Below, piece after piece: positions 17,316 through 25,729 of a DNA stretch of 64,000 nt; within the stretch, counting starts at the first letter, position 1, and every line of letters begins with the position of its first letter. Below the pieces are notes generated by a model. That model did no database searches. It had not been told where the DNA came from and worked only from the letters and a program-made list of their open reading frames with translations. The position numbers and the translations under genes are program-made. The DNA is from Candidatus Bipolaricaulota bacterium. GTDB lineage: Bacteria; Bipolaricaulota; Bipolaricaulia; RBG-16-55-9; DRXL01. The stretch is from positions 1,643 to 65,642 of the forward strand of contig JANXAU010000004.1 of the NCBI GenBank assembly GCA_025061735.1, given 5' to 3'.

Positions 17316-17651
17316 TTATTCGTAGAAATCACAGATCGGGCAGCGCCACTCGGTGCCCTCCGGGCGCTCTGGGTGGCGCGTGTTGTCGAGAGTTCTTTTG
17401 TGCGCGTGATACAGCTCGCATTGTCTCTGAAACGCCTCTTGAGGCGTCTCGCAGTAGAGAAATTTAAAGTAGCGATAGCTGCGCCCCAGCCACTTGATGA
17501 GCTTCTCTCGCACGTCTTTGTCGTCGCGCCCCAGATAGCGCGGCGGCCCTTGGGGAACCGTGAAGAGCAAAAAGACCCCCGGTTGGGCATGAAGCACCAT
17601 CTGTTTGATCGTGCGCTCGTTCAGCAGAAACGGTCCGCGAATAGCGCTCAC
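17316..17651 (-). CDS. Hypothetical protein, possibly a GIY-YIG-like nuclease fold with a C-terminal CxxC
   Basis: GVFLLF...YLGRDDKDVREKLIKWL...E resembles the GIY-YIG spacing. The C-terminus is WRCPICDFYE. Weak call. It overlaps the downstream PKD gene by 4 nt. Confidence 0.3.
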   Translation of the reverse strand: MSAIRGPFLLNERTIKQMVLHAQPGVFLLFTVPQGPPRYLGRDDKDVREKLIKWLGRSYRYFKFLYCETPQEAFQRQCELYHAHKRTLDNTRHPERPEGTEWRCPICDFYE

Positions 17652-19111
17652 TCCTTGGTCTGGCGCCAGCGCGAAGCGCTGAGGCTCTCGTTGAAGAAGA
17701 TCGTCACACTGGCAGTATTGGCGTTGGCCGTCACCAGATCGAGCTTGGTGTCGTTGTTGATATCGGTGATGAGAATTCTCGCAGGCGCGCCTCCCACGGG
17801 GAAGGTCTGCAACTCGGCGAACTCCCCCAAGCCGTTGCCGCGCCAGATCAAGAGATCGTTATACTGCCCGCCGACAGCCAAGTCGGCCTTGCCGTCGCCG
17901 TTGAGATCGCCTAGGGCTAGGGAGCGCGTTGGGGCTTCCAGAGCGAACTCTGTCGGGGCGTAGCGATCCCGATCGAGACTCAGCAAGAGCGTGAGAAGAG
18001 ATCGGTTCTCGTGAGCAAGAGCGAAATCGAGAAGATTGTCGCTGTTGAGATCGGCGCTGGCGAGCATAAACGCTTCAGGAGGGATCTCTAGGGTGCGCGT
18101 GGTGAATCGGCCCTGACCGTCGTTGAGGAGCAGCGAGAGCGTGCCGTCGTTGGCTATCGCTATATCTACGTCTCCGTCGTCGTCTATATCAATCAAGTGC
18201 AGGGCGAGGGGGCGGGTGCCGACGGCGTAGGGGATGCCGGGGCCGAAGTTCCCTTGGGCGTCGCTGAAGAAGACCAAGACCCGCTCCGCGCCGCTGCAGA
18301 GGACTATTAAATCTATATGGGCATCTCCGTTGAGATCGGCGCTGGCTAAATCTTTGGGCTGACGGCAGACGGAGATCGTGCGCTCTTGAGAGAAATTCCC
18401 TCGGCCATCCCCAACGAACAGAGCGACCAGATTCTCCACCCACGAAGAGACAGCGAAATCTACATTCCCGTCGCGATTGAAATCCCCCAGAGCGATCCCC
18501 AACGGCCTTTGGGGCACAGCGATCTCTTGGCGCGCGCGCATGGCACTCACATTCAAGATCACCGTGACGGTCTGAGCGTCTTCGTTGGCCACGACGAGAT
18601 CGGCGCGGCCGTCGTCGTTGAGGTCTCCCGCCGCGAGGGCGTGCGGCCCGGCGCCCACGGGTATGAGCACGCGGCGCAGCGCTACGGGTGCTCCGGGCGA
18701 GGGTCGGGTGACGGAGATCTTGCGTCTGGCTTGGCTCTGAAGATTCTGATTGTCTTTCACCGTCAGGACGGCGACAAACTCGCCGGGGCGACGGTAGATA
18801 TGGGTAACGGCTGCCCCGGAGGCGGTCCTTCCGTCGCCGAAGTCCCAGAGATACTCGATGAGAAAGCCGTCGGGATCGCGCGAGCGCGAGCCATCGAAGA
18901 CGACGGTGAGAGGCGCAGGGCCGCTGAGGGGGTCGGCCTCTATAATCGCTACGGGGGGCTTGGGGCCAGAAGCGCATCCATTCAGCATCGCCCAGAAGGG
19001 CAACGCGAGCAGACAGAAGCGCAGACGACGCACCCAGAACTCCCCCTTTGCGCACACGCGGTGATTATATGCGAGTCGGGCTTGGGAGCGCAAATTGCAA
19101 CAGCGCGCCAT
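17648..19111 (-). CDS. Secreted PKD-domain + FG-GAP/VCBS-repeat (integrin-alpha-like) protein
   Basis: A PKD motif is present (LTVVFDGSRSRDPDGFLIEYLWDFGDG). Repeated DLNxDGxxDLVV Ca-binding FG-GAP motifs follow. A lipobox-like LNGC sits near the N-terminus. The true start may be the GTG near 19033. Confidence 0.7.
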   Translation of the reverse strand: MARCCNLRSQARLAYNHRVCAKGEFWVRRLRFCLLALPFWAMLNGCASGPKPPVAIIEADPLSGPAPLTVVFDGSRSRDPDGFLIEYLWDFGDGRTASGAAVTHIYRRPGEFVAVLTVKDNQNLQSQARRKISVTRPSPGAPVALRRVLIPVGAGPHALAAGDLNDDGRADLVVANEDAQTVTVILNVSAMRARQEIAVPQRPLGIALGDFNRDGNVDFAVSSWVENLVALFVGDGRGNFSQERTISVCRQPKDLASADLNGDAHIDLIVLCSGAERVLVFFSDAQGNFGPGIPYAVGTRPLALHLIDIDDDGDVDIAIANDGTLSLLLNDGQGRFTTRTLEIPPEAFMLASADLNSDNLLDFALAHENRSLLTLLLSLDRDRYAPTEFALEAPTRSLALGDLNGDGKADLAVGGQYNDLLIWRGNGLGEFAELQTFPVGGAPARILITDINNDTKLDLVTANANTASVTIFFNESLSASRWRQTKE

Positions 19112-19137
19112 ATATGCTATAGTTTAGAACGACCGAT

Positions 19138-19214
19138 CGGGATGTGGCGCAGCCTGGTAGCGCACACGCTTGGGGTGCGTGGGGTCGCGGGTTCAAATCC
19201 CGCCATCCCGACCA
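19138..19214 (+). tRNA. tRNA-Pro (anticodon GGG)
   Basis: It is 77 nt. The acceptor stem is CGGGATG/CATCCCG, the D-arm GCGCAGCCTGGTAGCGC, the anticodon stem CACGC/GCGTG with loop TTGGGGT (anticodon GGG, G37), the T-arm GCGGGTTCAAATCCCGC, and the 3' end ACCA. Confidence 0.9.
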
Positions 19215-19220
19215 ACTCTC

Positions 19221-20315
19221 TCACGAAGCCCACTTCATCAAGAGCGGCCCCACCAGAGCCAGCACCAAGACCACGGTCACCGTCAAAGCCAGCAGCGACG
19301 GCTCCGGAGCCAATCCCGCCAACAAGATCGAGAACTCTCCCCGCGGCAAGAGCGTCACCCCCAAGCGCACCGCCGCCGCACGCCCCAGAGCGACAACCCG
19401 CCCGATCACCATCCCCGTCAGCAGCTTGCCCGCTATCGCCACCACGAGCACCACCGGCACGAAAAAGACCGTATGCCCAACATCGGTCAGATCGAGCAGC
19501 ATCCCAAACGAGACAAAGAAGATGGCCGCAAAGAGATCGCGAAACGGAGCGATCACCCGCTCCAGGCGCTCACGGAACTCCTGCTCTGGAAGAATAAAAC
19601 CCGCAAAGAACGCCCCAATCGCCCCCGACAACCCCAACCATTCCGACACCGCCGCTAGAACGACCATGAACGCCAGCACAAAGAGCAAGAAGACCTCCAG
19701 CGATTCGTGCGCCATCAGACGCTGCAAGACCGGGCGCAATAGGAGCGCCGCTAAGAACGCTCCCCCAAAGAACCCCACCGTCTTGGCAAAGACCACAAGA
19801 ATCCCTACAAGATCAAGACTCGCTGTGCGCACCAGACCCGCCAGCACCGCCAAATAGAGCGCGGTGATCAAGTCTTGATAGACCGAGACGCCCACGGCGT
19901 ATTCGGTCTCGGCCAGCGCGCTGCGCCGGAAATCTATAATCAGTCGTGCGATGATAGACGTGCTGTTGTTGTAGAGCACCCCTCCCAACACCAGAGCGCT
20001 CCACAGATCCAGCCCTATGACCAACCCCACCAGAATCCCCAAGGGGAGATTGATGAGCAGATCCAGCCCGGTCGCCACGAAGATCGTGCGACTGCTGCGT
20101 CGGACGCGCTCCGGCGAAAAGTCCAGCCCAATCGTAAACAGCAAGAGCATCGCGCCCAACTGCGCCATAAACGCGATGACGTCCGAGTGCGCAACGAAGA
20201 GCTGCACCCCCAAGCCCGCGAGAATGAAGACGGGCACGCTCGATTGCCGAAGGCGATGGGCCACGAGCGCGCCCAGATAGAGCACCAACAAGATAAGCCC
20301 TAGCTGCAAGAGCAT
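19221..20315 (-). CDS. Cation:proton antiporter (CPA2 family, KhtU/YhaU-like)
   Basis: About 11 hydrophobic helices over 364 aa. The N-terminus (MLLQLGLILLVLYLGALVAHRLRQSSVPVFILAGL) is typical of the Na+/H+ or K+/H+ exchanger domain. Confidence 0.8.
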   Translation of the reverse strand: MLLQLGLILLVLYLGALVAHRLRQSSVPVFILAGLGVQLFVAHSDVIAFMAQLGAMLLLFTIGLDFSPERVRRSSRTIFVATGLDLLINLPLGILVGLVIGLDLWSALVLGGVLYNNSTSIIARLIIDFRRSALAETEYAVGVSVYQDLITALYLAVLAGLVRTASLDLVGILVVFAKTVGFFGGAFLAALLLRPVLQRLMAHESLEVFLLFVLAFMVVLAAVSEWLGLSGAIGAFFAGFILPEQEFRERLERVIAPFRDLFAAIFFVSFGMLLDLTDVGHTVFFVPVVLVVAIAGKLLTGMVIGRVVALGRAAAVRLGVTLLPRGEFSILLAGLAPEPSLLALTVTVVLVLALVGPLLMKWAS

Positions 20316-20317
20316 GA

Positions 20318-20839
20318 TCAGTGCACGCGAAAGCGCTCTTGGAACTGGCGAACTTGAGATTCTTCTCCGATGACGACGACCGTGTCCCCCGAAGCGATGA
20401 GCGTGTCAGGGCCGGGGTTGAGGATCTTCTTCGCCGGCCCGAAGACGGCGATGATCGTCGCGCCGGTGAGCTTGCGCACCCGGTTCTCTTGGATGGACTT
20501 GCCCGCCAGGGGCGAATCCGCGGGAACCTTGAGCCATTCGATGGTCAGCTCCTTCATCACCAAACGAGCTGTATCTTGAACATCGGGTTGGAAGTGCGTG
20601 CCGATTAGTATTGCGCCCAGCTCACGAGCCTCTTGGTCGCTCAGCTCGATGACCGAGTCGGGGGTATCGTGACCGGGCAAGAAGCGATAGATCTCGCGGC
20701 GCCCCGTCTTGTGAATCACTACACAGATCGTCTCGCCCTCTTCGCTCTCGAACGAGAACTTCATGCCGATACCGGGAAGCTCTGCTTCACGCACTTCCAT
20801 AAAGACCCCCTTCGGTTTGATCTCCGTGTTCTGTTTCAA
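20318..20839 (-). CDS. TrkA-C-domain regulatory subunit of the cation:proton antiporter (KhtT-like)
   Basis: A TrkA_C motif is present (PLAGKSIQENRVRKLTGATIIAVFGPAKKILNPGPDTLIASGDTVVVIGEES). It lies immediately upstream of the antiporter gene on the same strand. Confidence 0.75.
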   Translation of the reverse strand: MKQNTEIKPKGVFMEVREAELPGIGMKFSFESEEGETICVVIHKTGRREIYRFLPGHDTPDSVIELSDQEARELGAILIGTHFQPDVQDTARLVMKELTIEWLKVPADSPLAGKSIQENRVRKLTGATIIAVFGPAKKILNPGPDTLIASGDTVVVIGEESQVRQFQERFRVH

Positions 20840-20868
20840 GTATACTGCTCAACGATAGAGTTACCAAG

Positions 20869-22371
20869 ATGAACGATCACGGAGCGAGCCGATACTCCCT
20901 CTGGCAGAAGATCGGACTGGTGCTCGGTCTTCTTCTCTTTCTTGGCGTGCTGCTGGCCCCCACCCCAAGCAGCTTGACGCCCCAAGCCCAGCGCGTCGGT
21001 GCCGTGACCCTGTTGATGGCCCTCTGGTGGATCAGCGAAGCCGTCCCCATCTACGCTACCGCCCTGCTCCCTTTGGTGCTCTTCCCGCTCTTAGGGGTCT
21101 TGCCCATCAAAGACGCTGCGCCTCCCTATGCCGAGCCGACGATCTTTCTCTTTATGGGGGGATTCTTTCTGGCGATGGCCATGCAACGCTGGGGGCTGCA
21201 CCGCCGCATGGCTTTGAAGATCATTCAGATCGTAGGGGTCAGTCCCAGGCGCTTGATCTTGGGGTTCATGGTCGCCACCGCGTTCGTCTCGATGTGGGTC
21301 TCCAATACCGCTACAACGATGATGATCTTCCCCATTGGGCTGGCTGTCGTCAGCCAGCTCGACCCCTCGGCGCTGACCAAGCGCCAAGGGTCTCGAGCGG
21401 GCTTCGGCGCCGCTCTGATGCTGGGCATCGCTTATGCCGCGAGCATCGGTGGAGTGGGCACGATCATGGGGACGCCCCCAAACGCGATCTTCGTCGGCCA
21501 AGCGAAGCTGCTCTTTCCGGAACTGGGTGAAGTAGGATTTCTGCAATGGATGCTGGTCGGCGTGCCGTTCGTGATGCTCTTTCTGCCGCTGGCGTGGGTC
21601 TATTTGGCGTTTGTGTTTATGAAAGACTCGAAGGTAGTGGCAGAACCGACGCGGCTCGCTCAAGAGCTGCGGGAATTGGGGCCGCTGAGCCGAGGGGAGA
21701 AGGGGGTGCTGGCGATCTTTGTGTTCGCGGTCTTGGGGTGGATCTTTCGCGCCGATCTGCATCTGGGCGCTTGGACGATCCCCGGATGGGCGACGCTGCT
21801 GGGCGTAAGCGCTTGGGTCAGCGACGCGACCGTAGCGCTGCTCGCTGCGCTGCTGTTGTTCGTGATTCCCACAGATTTCAAAAACGGGGAGTTCTTGCTC
21901 ACGTGGGAGTGGGCCAAGCGGATCCCCTGGGAAGTATTGATTCTCTTTGGGGGCGGTTTCTGTCTGGCTGAGGGTTTTCAGAAGACGCGCCTGGCCGAGT
22001 GGCTCGCGGGAGGGCTGACGGGGCTTGCTCAGGTGCCCTTGCCCATCTTGATCTTCGCGCTGGCTTTGGGGGTCACCCTTCTGAGCGAACTAGCTTCGAA
22101 CACGGCCCTCGCCGCTACGATGATGCCCATCTTAGGAGCGACCGCGACGGCTATGGAGATCCATCCGTTCTTGCTGATGATCCCCGCGACGATGGCCGCG
22201 TCGGCGGGGTTTATGCTGCCGGTGGCCACGCCCCCCAACGCCATCGTCTTCGGAAGCGGCTATCTCACGGTCTCGCAGATGGCAAAAGCCGGCTTCGTCT
22301 TGGATCTCTTAGGAGCGTTGGTCATCACCATCGTTCTCTATCTTGTGGTCATTCCCGTCTTTGGTCTGTGA
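20869..22371 (+). CDS. DASS/SLC13-family anion (sulfate/di-tricarboxylate):Na+ symporter
   Basis: 500 aa and polytopic (many transmembrane helices). It shows the duplicated hairpin-region motifs typical of the ArsB/NhaD-DASS superfamily (SNTATTMM, SNTALAATMMP, PPNAIVFGSG). Confidence 0.8.
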   Translation: MNDHGASRYSLWQKIGLVLGLLLFLGVLLAPTPSSLTPQAQRVGAVTLLMALWWISEAVPIYATALLPLVLFPLLGVLPIKDAAPPYAEPTIFLFMGGFFLAMAMQRWGLHRRMALKIIQIVGVSPRRLILGFMVATAFVSMWVSNTATTMMIFPIGLAVVSQLDPSALTKRQGSRAGFGAALMLGIAYAASIGGVGTIMGTPPNAIFVGQAKLLFPELGEVGFLQWMLVGVPFVMLFLPLAWVYLAFVFMKDSKVVAEPTRLAQELRELGPLSRGEKGVLAIFVFAVLGWIFRADLHLGAWTIPGWATLLGVSAWVSDATVALLAALLLFVIPTDFKNGEFLLTWEWAKRIPWEVLILFGGGFCLAEGFQKTRLAEWLAGGLTGLAQVPLPILIFALALGVTLLSELASNTALAATMMPILGATATAMEIHPFLLMIPATMAASAGFMLPVATPPNAIVFGSGYLTVSQMAKAGFVLDLLGALVITIVLYLVVIPVFGL

Positions 22372-22425
22372 GAGATTTGTCTCTGAAGCTGGAGAGGGAC
22401 TATAATCCGAGAGGGGGTATGAGCA

Positions 22426-23118
22426 ATGGAGCCTATCGAGATCAAAGTTTTAGATAAGGGCTTTGTGCGGCTTATTGACTTTATGGGCGGAGACGAGACG
22501 GTCGTCTTGGCGGCGCGGGTATCTACGGGCAAAGGGCTGAAGGGCGAAGAGCAAGATAAAAAACTGATACACTATCTGATGAAGCATCGTCACGAGACGC
22601 CGTTTGAGCACTCGGTCTTTCAGTTTCAGATCTCGTGCCCGCTCTTTGTGGCGCGCCAATGGTTTCGGCATCGGATCGCAAGCTACAACGAGCGTTCGGG
22701 ACGTTATGTCGAGTACGAAGACGAGTTCTATCTCCCCGACCGATTGCGGCTGCAAGCCAAGTCCAACAAGCAAGCCAGCGAGTTCGGCGAGATTCCCAAT
22801 GAGCAAGAGCTTCTCAAAATGATCCAAGAGACGTACGATCTCGTCTATGAACGATACGAGAAGCTCTTGGCGGCAGGCGTGGCGCGCGAATTGGCGCGAA
22901 TGATCTTGCCCCTCTCGCTCTACACGCAGTTCTACTGGACGATCAACGCGCGCTCTCTGATGAACTTTATCAATCTACGCGCCGACGCGGGCGCACAGTG
23001 GGAGATCCGTCAGTACGCCGAAGCGATTGCCAAGATCTTCAAAGCGAAGATGCCCTGGACATGGGAGGCGTTTGTGCAGCACGTCTGGCGCGGGGAGAAC
23101 CCCGCCATCACGCCGTGA
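22426..23118 (+). CDS. thyX: FAD-dependent thymidylate synthase
   Basis: The ThyX signature [14 protein letters not shown] (RHRxxSxxxxSxR) is present. It is about 230 aa. Confidence 0.9.
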   Translation: MEPIEIKVLDKGFVRLIDFMGGDETVVLAARVSTGKGLKGEEQDKKLIHYLMKHRHETPFEHSVFQFQISCPLFVARQWFRHRIASYNERSGRYVEYEDEFYLPDRLRLQAKSNKQASEFGEIPNEQELLKMIQETYDLVYERYEKLLAAGVARELARMILPLSLYTQFYWTINARSLMNFINLRADAGAQWEIRQYAEAIAKIFKAKMPWTWEAFVQHVWRGENPAITP

Positions 23119-24205
23119 GCAACTTACGGTAGCGATAATACGCGGCGCACGCGCCTTCGGATGAGACCATCGGCGCTCCTAAAGGATGCTCCGGCGTGCA
23201 GCGCGTCCCAAACGCCGGACACTCGTGAGGCTTCTTCACGCCCTGCAACACCAAGCCCGCGATGCACTCCGACGCCTCCTCAACCGAGCGAGCCGTCAGG
23301 CCGAACTTTCTCTCTGCGTCAAACTCTTTGTATTTTTCTGTCAGGCCCAGCCCGCTTTGGGGGATCTCTCCGATGCCGCGCCACTTGCGAGGCACGACGC
23401 AGAAGACCTCACGGATCAGCTCTTGCGCTCTTCTGTTGCCCTCGCGGCGCACCGAGCGCGTGTACTGATTTTCGACGTCGTAGCGCCCCTCCTCAAGCTG
23501 CTTGACGCACATATAGACGCCCTGCAAGATATCCAACGGCTCAAAGCCCGTCACGACGATGGGCACTCTGTATTTTTTCGCAATCGGCTCGTATTCAGTA
23601 TAGCCCATCACGGTGCAAACATGCCCGGCCGCGAGAAAGCCCTGCACGCGATTGCTGGGCGACGAGAGAATCGCTTCCATCGCCGGGGGAACCAAGACAT
23701 GCGCGACCAAGAGCGAGAAGTTCTTCACGTTTTGTAGATACGCTTGGTGAACGGCCATCGCGTTCGCAGGAGCGGTCGTCTCAAACCCCACGGCGAAGAA
23801 GACGACTTCTCTGTCGGGGTTCTCTTTTGCGATCTTGAGCGCGTCCAAGGGGGAGTAGACGATGCGCACGTCGCCCCCTTGCGCCTTGACCGAGAGCAGA
23901 TCTTTCGCGCTGCCAGGGACCCGCAGCATATCCCCAAACGAACAAAAGATCACATTGGGGCGCGACGCGATCTCGATGGCTTTGTCTATGATCTCGACAG
24001 GCGTGACGCAGACGGGGCAGCCGGGGCCGTGCACTAACGTGATCTGTTTGGGCAGCAGCTCGTCTATCCCGAATTTGATAATAGCATGGGTCTGCCCGCC
24101 GCAGACCTCCATGATCGTCCACTCTTTGGTGGTGATCTGGGCGATCCGGCGTGCGTAGTGCTGCGCGAGCGCGGCGTCGCGATACTCGTCGATGAAGCGC
24201 ATCAC
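23108..24205 (-). CDS. hypD: [NiFe]-hydrogenase maturation protein HypD
   Basis: The conserved HypD motifs [13 protein letters not shown] and the C-terminal [11 protein letters not shown] cysteine cluster are present. Confidence 0.9.
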   Translation of the reverse strand: MMRFIDEYRDAALAQHYARRIAQITTKEWTIMEVCGGQTHAIIKFGIDELLPKQITLVHGPGCPVCVTPVEIIDKAIEIASRPNVIFCSFGDMLRVPGSAKDLLSVKAQGGDVRIVYSPLDALKIAKENPDREVVFFAVGFETTAPANAMAVHQAYLQNVKNFSLLVAHVLVPPAMEAILSSPSNRVQGFLAAGHVCTVMGYTEYEPIAKKYRVPIVVTGFEPLDILQGVYMCVKQLEEGRYDVENQYTRSVRREGNRRAQELIREVFCVVPRKWRGIGEIPQSGLGLTEKYKEFDAERKFGLTARSVEEASECIAGLVLQGVKKPHECPAFGTRCTPEHPLGAPMVSSEGACAAYYRYRKLLTA

Positions 24206-24241
24206 CGAGAGAATATCACAAACGCCGCGCCTTGTCGAGCC

Positions 24242-25336
24242 TTAATAGAGTGTATAGGTGAATCCCACGCTCAGCCCCCAGCTGGGTTCTTCAAAGCCGC
24301 TGCCCCAGCTGGTCTCGGTGCGCAAGAGCAAGTTCAACGCGGCGGAGATGCGCAGATTCAGATTGACCGTGATCGTATGGAGTTGAGCCATCTCTGTGGG
24401 GTTTTGCCGCCCAGAGAAGCTATAGAGGGCTGTGAGCGCTGCGGTTGGGGAGAGGAGCCGGTTGTAGCTCGCCGAGGCCGTGAGGCGGGCGTAGCCGGTG
24501 AAGGGGAGATCGGCCTGCCAGAGGGCGTTGGCGAGCAAGCCGCTGTCGGCGTCGAGGGCGCGCGCCAAGTTCGCCGCGACTTGGACAACGGCACTGTTGG
24601 TGCCCGTGGGATCGAGGACTTCGTAGCCCGCTGAAGCGGTCAGATCGAAGCCGCAGAAGCGACGACTCTCATCGCTCAGCACGCTTTGCAGCGCGAGCAC
24701 GCCGCGCACTCCTAGAGTCGTGCCGAGGGCTTTCTCGATCTCTTCCAGAACTCCCGATAAGCCTAGCTCGGCGCGCCGCCCGATGATCTGGGCGATCTGC
24801 TGCAGTTGATCGTTGGAGAGGGGTTGGGTTATGATCTTCTCTTGCTGGAGGGCTTCGGAGACTTTGACCGCCTTGGCTAAGGGAGTGACATCGCGGAAGC
24901 GGCCCCAGCCTGCGCCGCCCAACAGAGTGACGGCGAGATCGGGCTGCCCCGGCACTCCCGTAGAAGCGAGCCCCCCGAAGAGAAAGAGATTTTCGTCGAG
25001 ATAGCGGCGCACGTCGGCGGAGCTGGCCATAGCGATGTCAAATCGGATAGCTTGGCCCAGCTCTAGACGCGCTACCCCTTCTAGCCGATAGCCCCATTCC
25101 GGCTCGGCCAGCCACGACACCCCTTGCGCGACCAGATGCCCCACGCTCACGTTGCTGCGATTATCGAGATATCTATCGTTCAAGTAGCGATAATCGCCAC
25201 TCAGACTGATCGCAAACAGCTCGTTGCGCGGGGGTGTGTAGTCGCAGATGTTCACGCCTTGGGCTAGAACCACCCTACTGAATACAGCTACCATCAAGAA
25301 TATACTGAGTAATAATATACTGAGTAATGCTCGCAT
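24242..25336 (-). CDS. Hypothetical secreted protein (signal peptide, beta-rich C-terminus) embedded between hypC and hypD
   Basis: It has a signal peptide (MRALLSILLLSIFLMVAVFSRVVLAQG). Its C-terminal region is rich in alternating Ser/Thr/aromatic residues and ends GFTYTLY. No known domain was recognised. Confidence 0.5.
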   Translation of the reverse strand: MRALLSILLLSIFLMVAVFSRVVLAQGVNICDYTPPRNELFAISLSGDYRYLNDRYLDNRSNVSVGHLVAQGVSWLAEPEWGYRLEGVARLELGQAIRFDIAMASSADVRRYLDENLFLFGGLASTGVPGQPDLAVTLLGGAGWGRFRDVTPLAKAVKVSEALQQEKIITQPLSNDQLQQIAQIIGRRAELGLSGVLEEIEKALGTTLGVRGVLALQSVLSDESRRFCGFDLTASAGYEVLDPTGTNSAVVQVAANLARALDADSGLLANALWQADLPFTGYARLTASASYNRLLSPTAALTALYSFSGRQNPTEMAQLHTITVNLNLRISAALNLLLRTETSWGSGFEEPSWGLSVGFTYTLY

Positions 25337-25382
25337 ACTCGCCTCCTTTGGTTTAATATCTTAACACCAACCGTCTGCGGGA

Positions 25383-25397
25383 GTCAAATTATTTGAC
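25383..25397. promoter_or_regulatory. Perfect palindrome GTCAAAT-T-ATTTGAC upstream of the secreted-protein gene
   Basis: A 15-bp perfect palindrome lies in the 93-bp intergenic gap between hypC (ends 25430) and the start of the 24242-25336 gene, about 47-61 nt upstream of that start codon. Confidence 0.3.
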
Positions 25398-25429
25398 CTT
25401 GGAGACCGGCTGACACAGGATACGGCGTA

Positions 25430-25693
25430 TTAGCTCGGAGGAGCTGGAGATTCTAGCTCACCCAACTCGCCCATCTCGCGCAGATACTCAAAGACTTTCT
25501 GGGCTTCGGCTTCGTCGAGCTTGCTGATGGCAAAGCCCACGTGCACGATCACATAATCCCCGACTTGGGCCTCGGGAACATACGCGAGATTGACTTCTTT
25601 AACGATGCCCCCGAAGCTGACCTTCCCAGTACGCAAAATTGGGTCGTCGCTCTCGCTAATGCTGATGACTTTTCCCGGAACGGCGAGACACAT
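25430..25693 (-). CDS. hypC: Hydrogenase assembly chaperone HypC/HupF
   Basis: MCLAVPGKVISI is the canonical HypC N-terminus (Cys2). The start was placed at MC. The ORF track adds 6 upstream codons. Confidence 0.85.
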   Translation of the reverse strand: MCLAVPGKVISISESDDPILRTGKVSFGGIVKEVNLAYVPEAQVGDYVIVHVGFAISKLDEAEAQKVFEYLREMGELGELESPAPPS

Positions 25694-25729
25694 CGGAGAC
25701 CTCTCTTTCAAGGCCCTCGCTCCCGTAGC

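Noticed and set aside
19138-19214. Genomic island integrated at tRNA-Pro
   Set aside because: The genes 3' of the tRNA are an ordinary antiporter and regulator pair. The lower-GC TA islet lies on the 5' side and has no integrase or direct repeat of the tRNA 3' end.
18189-19857. Overlapping ORF-track entries 18189-19055 (-), 18386-19597 (+) and 19144-19857 (+)
   Set aside because: They overlap the well-supported PKD/FG-GAP gene, the tRNA-Pro and the antiporter gene in alternative or antisense frames. Their translations are Arg/Pro-rich, low-complexity sequences typical of high-GC artefacts.
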